Below, piece after piece: positions 55,552 through 64,000 of a DNA stretch of 64,000 nucleotides. A program made the translations under genes and the position numbers. The first letter of the stretch is position 1. Every line of letters begins with the position of its first letter. The notes under the pieces were generated by a model. The model made no database searches. It saw only the letters and a list, made by a program, of their open reading frames with translations, and had not been told where the DNA came from. The stretch is from Meyerozyma guilliermondii (lineage: Eukaryota): assembly GCA_051546255.1 (NCBI GenBank), contig CP128819.1:1054001-1118000 (forward strand), in the 5' to 3' direction.

Positions 55552-55762
55552 TTACACACCAGCAATTCCCTTTCTTCTTTTTTTTTCTTTCGCTCCCCCT
55601 CGGAGAGAGACTGAATATAGCTGCAGTGATATAACTGGACAAATTGAACAAAGCTGTCACATCTAATCGCTCAAGAGTCGAACTAAGTTCTAAGGTGAAT
55701 TTCGCATTCAATTACTATTTCAATTTCACTCTTCGCACTTTGTCTCTTTTATAATATTATGA

Positions 55763-56642
55763 CTACATAATCGTGCAACATTTCGACTTATGGCCCTCGG
55801 TGGCCACCAGCCGTTGTCTCGATCGTCTCTTCTCAGCCACCGTCTGCGAAGCCGGTTCGGCCTCGGCAGCGCCTGCAGGCGCATCGGGGCCAGCCTCAGC
55901 CTGCTTTTGCAACTTTTGCTGCTTCTTTTCCTCCGATAATTCGGCCTCTTTTCTCATTATCTGGCGCACAACGTCCACAAATGCCTCGTCAACGTTGGTC
56001 TTGTACATAGCACTGGTCTCATAAAATGGAACCATCCCCCATTCTTGAGATACTTGAAGTCCATCATCAATTGATAACACTCTGTCCTCTTCCAAGTCAC
56101 ACTTGTTACCAATCAACACCATGGGCACCGAGTCCAGATCCTTGATTCTCAACACCTGATCTCGAAGTGCAAGTAACTCCTTGAGCGAATTTTCATCGGT
56201 CACAGAGTATACCAACAAGAAGCCTTTTCCACTTTTAATATACAACTCACGCATAGCAGTGAACTGGGCTACTCCTGCGGTGTCCAAAATCTCCAAATCA
56301 CATTGTCTTCCGTCGATTTCGATTTGTTTCCGATAAGAATCCTCAATGGTGGGATCGTAACTTTCAACGTATACGCCCTGCACAAATTGCACAGTCACTG
56401 ACGATTTTCCGACACCACCGGCGCCAAGTACCACCACTTTATAGTCTGAGTTAGTTCCTGAAATTAAAGGTGTAGCCCCGCTTCTTACCACCGGAAATGA
56501 CATTTCATGCATTGATATCCGGTCTTTGCGTGACCTCATACATGCAGTGGTCACTTAATCGGCCCAAAGCGCAATTGGAGACCCATATAAGGCGGCCAAT
56601 TCCCGTGTTGCCATCTTAAATTTCGTTCTACTTACCTCTCAT
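55763..56642 (-). CDS. RSR1: Ras-like GTPase Rsr1/Bud1, two exons (56636-56642, 55763-56445)
   Basis: ATGAGAG|GTAAGT...AACTAACTCAG|AC restores [32 protein letters not shown]; CaaX end CCTIM. Confidence 0.93.
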
Positions 56643-56768
56643 GCTGGATCACTTGTTTTCAACGGCTTTCACGCGACACGCGAATAGACGAGGAGTGCAC
56701 ACAAGCAAACCGGCTGCAAATCTAGGTTTAAAAATAAAGTAAGGCATTTTAATAAAGCATTTAACTAA

Positions 56769-57970
56769 CTACAATGGCATGATCGAGGGGACTGGGCCAA
56801 CGGGAGTGATCCCGTGCGGGTTGATGGCAGGGTGCGACTTGGTGTAATGCCACTTGATATGGTCAAAATCAGTGGTCTCGCTGAACCCAGGAATTTTCCA
56901 GTACAACAACCGCAACCAATCGTGAGTGAATGGAAAGTCGTGCCTGATCATCCCAAGATTACACTTGAAATGCTGGTGATAGACAGCATCAAACCTAACG
57001 ATGGTGGTAAACAATCGCACATCGGCCTCAGTAAGTTGATTTCCCAATAAGAATTTGTGGCCCTTGCCATGGTTCTCTTTGAGAATTGACTCGATCCGAT
57101 GCAAGCTCTTGAACAACTGGTTCACCTCATCCTCATAGATTTCCTGCTTGATCGAAAATCCAGCCTTATACACTCCATTGTTGATGGTGTCGTAAACCCA
57201 CGAATTGATATCATCAATCTGCTGTTTCAAATCTTCAGGATACAAGTCAACATGAGAATACTCGCTGGCGACAACATCATTGAATTCAGAATTCAACATC
57301 CGAAGAATCTCACTCGATTCATTGTTGACAATGGTTTCCTTCTTTTTGTCCCATAATACTGGAACAGTAAATCTCCCAGAGTAATTGGGATCTGCCTTGT
57401 AATACAACTGCAGAAGTCTCTCAAACCCATGCAAATGGTCCACTGTTCCATACGTCATGTCCTGAGCTGTTTTGCGTTTTGCAAGGTCCAGCTCATTGGG
57501 AAATCTCCAACCTTTATTGTCCATGTGCCAGTGAACCACAGACACAGAGATATGCAGCTCCAACCCTTTGAGACTCCGTCCAATCAAAGTTCTATGGGCC
57601 CATGGGCACGCATAAGAAACGTATAAATGATACCGATTAGTTTCGGGAGGAAATTCAGCACCGGCTTCTCTCAGAATCCAGTTCCGGAAATTCAGAGCTT
57701 GTCTCTTATAAGCACCAGTTTTATCAGCAAATTTTTGAATTTCAATCTGTCTTAGTACAACTTCAAAGATATAATGGCGCCAAAGCAAAATGTTCAACAT
57801 GTTTGAAACAAAATGCTATTCGATCATTAGTCAAGAGTGTGAGGGTCCTGGAGCCACCTAAAAGAGAACCACGCAAACTGAAAGCATTGTAATTTATGAC
57901 ATGGACTCAATTGGACCACTAATGCATAAATCCGACAGTCTCTTGCTTGAAAAAAACATACTTTTGACAT
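56769..57970 (-). CDS. ECM4: Omega-like glutathionyl-hydroquinone reductase (Ecm4/Gto family), probable two exons (57962-57970, 56769-57746)
   Basis: RYHLYVSYACPWAHRT, FTVPVLWD, NNESSEI, NNGVYKAGF; phase-0 intron ATGTCAAAA|GTATGT...TACTAAGACAG|ATT. Confidence 0.85.
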
Positions 57971-58456
57971 CTTCACTAATTGCTACCTTCTTGGCCCACT
58001 TTGCTATGCCCCATAGGACGGGGCGGGGGAGGCTGGTGTTGGGATGCACTTCTCTTGAGAAACATTGACTTCGAACCTTGTCGAAAACCACCTCCAAATT
58101 CGGAACTCAACACTTGTTTTGCAATCCGAGTACTACCATACACCTTTCAAACCGAATCTTGGTCGCCCGAGCCTCTCGCGGTATAACCCCTTGAACTTCC
58201 GTGCACGTGAACAATTTCAAATCAAAGCAGGAATTTGGCCGGGTAACATTCCCCACCGCCGCACCAGAGATGTTTTATGGTAAATAGCGACAACAACTTG
58301 TCAGTTGACGCGAGAGTAATTAATCCGTTTACCTGTTAATTAAGACACAGAATCCCGTTACTCTTAGTTTTCACGCCTGGAACTCAAGCTATACGAGGTC
58401 ACCACAGCGACAAACATTCTTTTTTGGTTTGACTCGGAGCGTCCTGAAATTGCCTC

Positions 58457-59878
58457 ATGTCGGAAGTTGTAAATGGACTGCCGATTGGAAAGTCGGGATT
58501 TGGAGAAGTTCCCGACTCCGCCAAGGACAAAAATGATCAATCAGGTGTCTCGGTTAGTCAGCCTCTAGGAATACAGGTTCAACAACCCCAACATTCCCAT
58601 TCACAGCAGATGTCACAACAACAACAGCAGCCTCAACTTGGCCAACCAATGTCCCATCAACAACAATATCCATCCAGACAGCCACAACCAATCTCTTCGG
58701 CGTACCTTAACTATTACAACAACGGATACCATCCTCACACCTATCAATATAACTATGCACCATTCAGTTACTATGGCGGGGCGGTTGCAGGAGCTGGACA
58801 AGTGGGGCCCAATGCGGTTTCTACCGGAGGAGGTGCTGCGCCTAATCCATCTAATGCTACTGGAGCATCTGCGGTTGGTGGTATGACTGCCGTGCCTCCA
58901 GCTTCTGACTCTTCGTATCTCCAGGTACAGCAGATGCACCAACACCAACAGCAGCAGCACCAACAGCAGCACCAACAGCAGCACCAACAAGCTCAACAGC
59001 AGCAGCCATCACAGCCGCAGCAAGCACAACAGCAACCCCAAGTTAATGATTATCAAGTACAACAATTTTCGTCGTACAACGCACCTGGATCTGCGACGCT
59101 GGGAGCGGCCAATGGTGCCAAAAAGACACTGCGAAGCAAGCCCAAGGCGAAAGAGGACGTTGGGTCTCCGTCTGGAGCCACCACGGGACGGCCATACACT
59201 TGCGAGTTTCCCGACTGTCAGTGGTCGTTTGCTAGGCAATCGGATTTGCGGCGCCATGCCAAGCTGCACTCGGCACCCATGTTCCACTGTCCCTATTGGC
59301 GCAACGACCCCACTTGTCACCGCAATGGGGGAGCCTTCAACAGATTAGACGTTTTGAAAAGACACCTTCGACTTGTGCATTATGTTCAAGACAAGCACCA
59401 GGGAGGTGCTGGTTCAAGATCAACGTCCGGTAAAGATGATGCTGGATGGTGCCGTGCGTGTCAGCGGATGTTCCCTCTGTCAAAGGCATTCGTGGATCAT
59501 TGTATGGCGTGCGCGCAGCTGATTCTGCCTGCTGAGTGGAAGTCGTTGTCGTCTCGATATCCATACGAGCAGATGGGAATGATGCAATATCAGCAACTGA
59601 TGCAGCAGGTTCCTCAAATGGCGCAGAATTCGGGCCATTCTCAGAACCAAAGCCCACAAGTACAAGTAGCCCAGGTGCACGGATCTGGCGCTGCCCAGTC
59701 CCCTACCAACCAACCGCCTCCACCATTGAACCAGCAGCCGCAACAGGCGAGAGCAAATCAGCTCATGGATATCCCAGGCGACTATCTTATAGATAAAGAT
59801 ATTAAGGGGTATCAAGTAGAGACAAAAAAAAGATCGAATCAAACGGCAGGGGGTGCCAATAAGAAGACCAAGTCTTGA
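58457..59878 (+). CDS. Q-rich C2H2 zinc-finger transcription factor
   Basis: RPYTCEFPDCQWSFARQSDLRRHAK(S)H, CPY...C...FNRLDVLKRHLRLVH, and a third CxxC..H..C finger. Confidence 0.85.
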   Translation: MSEVVNGLPIGKSGFGEVPDSAKDKNDQSGVSVSQPLGIQVQQPQHSHSQQMSQQQQQPQLGQPMSHQQQYPSRQPQPISSAYLNYYNNGYHPHTYQYNYAPFSYYGGAVAGAGQVGPNAVSTGGGAAPNPSNATGASAVGGMTAVPPASDSSYLQVQQMHQHQQQQHQQQHQQQHQQAQQQQPSQPQQAQQQPQVNDYQVQQFSSYNAPGSATLGAANGAKKTLRSKPKAKEDVGSPSGATTGRPYTCEFPDCQWSFARQSDLRRHAKLHSAPMFHCPYWRNDPTCHRNGGAFNRLDVLKRHLRLVHYVQDKHQGGAGSRSTSGKDDAGWCRACQRMFPLSKAFVDHCMACAQLILPAEWKSLSSRYPYEQMGMMQYQQLMQQVPQMAQNSGHSQNQSPQVQVAQVHGSGAAQSPTNQPPPPLNQQPQQARANQLMDIPGDYLIDKDIKGYQVETKKRSNQTAGGANKKTKS

Positions 59879-60131
59879 GGTATTAGATATTGTATAATGT
59901 GTAATTATGTATAATATAAGCTATGGTGTAGTTGGCTGCAAGTTGACGAAAGTTGACTGTGGTCGACTGTAGATGGCAGTTTGCAGCCATTGAGCCGCAA
60001 GCCGCAGAACGCAACTATCATTGCAGATTAGCCGCAAAGCGGCGTAACCATTGCGGCTTATTGATGTTGCGGCGCCGCGTGAGCACCGAAGCGAATGCAC
60101 TACTTCACCGGCTGTTTACTCTTCATTGCCG

Positions 60132-62966
<2,835 letters not shown>

Positions 62967-63044
62967 TTAGCCCCAATGCGGTAATAATCATCGTTGTCGG
63001 GGTGCACCGGGTGCGAATCGTCGATCATAGATACATTTGCATTA

Positions 63045-63623
63045 ATGCTAGTTCGTTATTTGACGACTACAGCTGCCAAAAGAAGTACGTATGCCTAGCA
63101 CTTGTGGTCCAAGCACACTCACTCACCAGACCCCAACTACATATCTTGTTGCGTCGGAAAAATAATCGAATGCAAGCGGCATGAGGGTGCAGATAAATTA
63201 TATGTGTCCCAAATAGATGTCAATGCCGCCAAACCGCTCCAGGTGTGCTCTGGACTCGTGGACTACATTCCTATTGAGCGCATGTCTGAGGCTCGAGTTG
63301 TGGTGGTGACGAATTTGAAACCGTCAAAGATGAGAGGAGTCAAATCTGAAGCGATGCTACTCGCTGCTGAAAAAGAAGTTAACAATATTTCAAATGTGTC
63401 ATTGATAACTCCCCACGAGAACACTCCCATTGGGAGCGCATTACATTTCAAAGGTTTTGATTCGATTGAAAAAGCTCCTCGTCTAAAGTCGCAACTTTGG
63501 CAGGAACTCCAGTCCAAGCTTCGCACCTCCGAAAACGGCACAGTGGTGTTTGACAACGACCATCCACTAGTGGACGAGCATGGCAACCCAGCAACAAGTG
63601 TACCCAATGCTGGTGTACGTTGA
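63045..63623 (+). CDS. Stand-alone tRNA-binding OB-fold (EMAPII/Arc1-C-like) protein, probable intron 63085-63129
   Basis: VGKII...H..ADKLYVSQIDV...QVCSGLV...NLKPSKMRGVKSEAMLLAA. The ATG at 63045 is in frame but blocked by TAG at 63096, which a 45-nt GTACGT...CACTCACCAG intron would remove. Confidence 0.8.
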
Positions 63624-63679
63624 GTCACATTTACGTTATACGTGCTAATCTTTTGCGTAAATCATATAGCTTAACTACT

Positions 63680-64000
63680 TCAATCGATTGGCAGCTTGGT
63701 GGTTCTCAAGTACGACTTCAACTCGTTGAACTCACCAAACTTGGCCTTGGCATCCTCGTTCGACACAGATGGAGGAATAATCACATCTTCACCCACACTC
63801 CAGTCAATTGGAGTAGCAATACCCTTTGAATCGGCCAATTGCAAAGCATCAATAACTCTCAAAACCTCAGCACTGTTTCTTCCAGTAGAAGCAGGGTATG
63901 TCATTATGAGTCTGACTTTCTTGGCTGGGTCAATGATGAAAACTGAACGCACAGTTGCAACCATTCCAGAGTTGATATTGGCAAAGTCTTCTTCGGTCAC
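63680..64000 (-). CDS. PRX1: 1-Cys peroxiredoxin, 3' part (runs off the window)
   Basis: TVRSVFIIDPAKKVRLIMTYPASTGRNSAEVLRVIDALQL...ATPIDW..G.DVII.P. Confidence 0.93.
   Translation of the reverse strand: MTEEDFANINSGMVATVRSVFIIDPAKKVRLIMTYPASTGRNSAEVLRVIDALQLADSKGIATPIDWSVGEDVIIPPSVSNEDAKAKFGEFNELKSYLRTTKLPID

Overview
Budding-yeast nuclear DNA that uses the CUG=Ser code (CUG-Ser1 clade). Conserved kinase, MCM and aldolase motifs have CTG where Ser is expected, so 'L' in the supplied translations is sometimes S. The window has two compartments. From about 17.6 to 64 kb it is gene-dense core genome: two TPO4 copies, a class II aldolase, HST7/STE7, a WOR3-like gene, NOP12, DEP1, CHS5, VMA7, DPC29, MIN8, MRX21, UGA1, TBF1, STE4, TAF14, AIM41, PPS1, DFR1, HHO1, tRNA-Leu(AAG), RSR1, an ECM4/GTO gene, a C2H2 factor, MCM6 and PRX1. 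Several of these genes need introns the ORF track misses, three of them only 42-45 nt. From 1 to about 17.4 kb it is an AT-rich accessory array of at least 12 co-oriented, highly diverged small membrane-protein genes of a family I do not recognise (shared Y-[IL]-W motif). Two subtypes, A and B, mostly alternate and are separated by conserved non-coding modules, one of them a conserved stem-loop. Two B genes are flanked by inverted repeats, three copies are broken, and the array also holds a solo LTR, telomere-like 8-mers, an epimerase pseudogene and a GXS1-type sugar transporter. A second orphan island at 36.3-38.0 kb sits between diverged direct repeats; it carries a small secreted-protein gene and a divergent 68-aa ORF, and shares a 15-bp promoter word with the array. 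The array is the best candidate for an undescribed system (cassette-like diversification; possibly toxin defence or poison/antidote). Its function is inference only.
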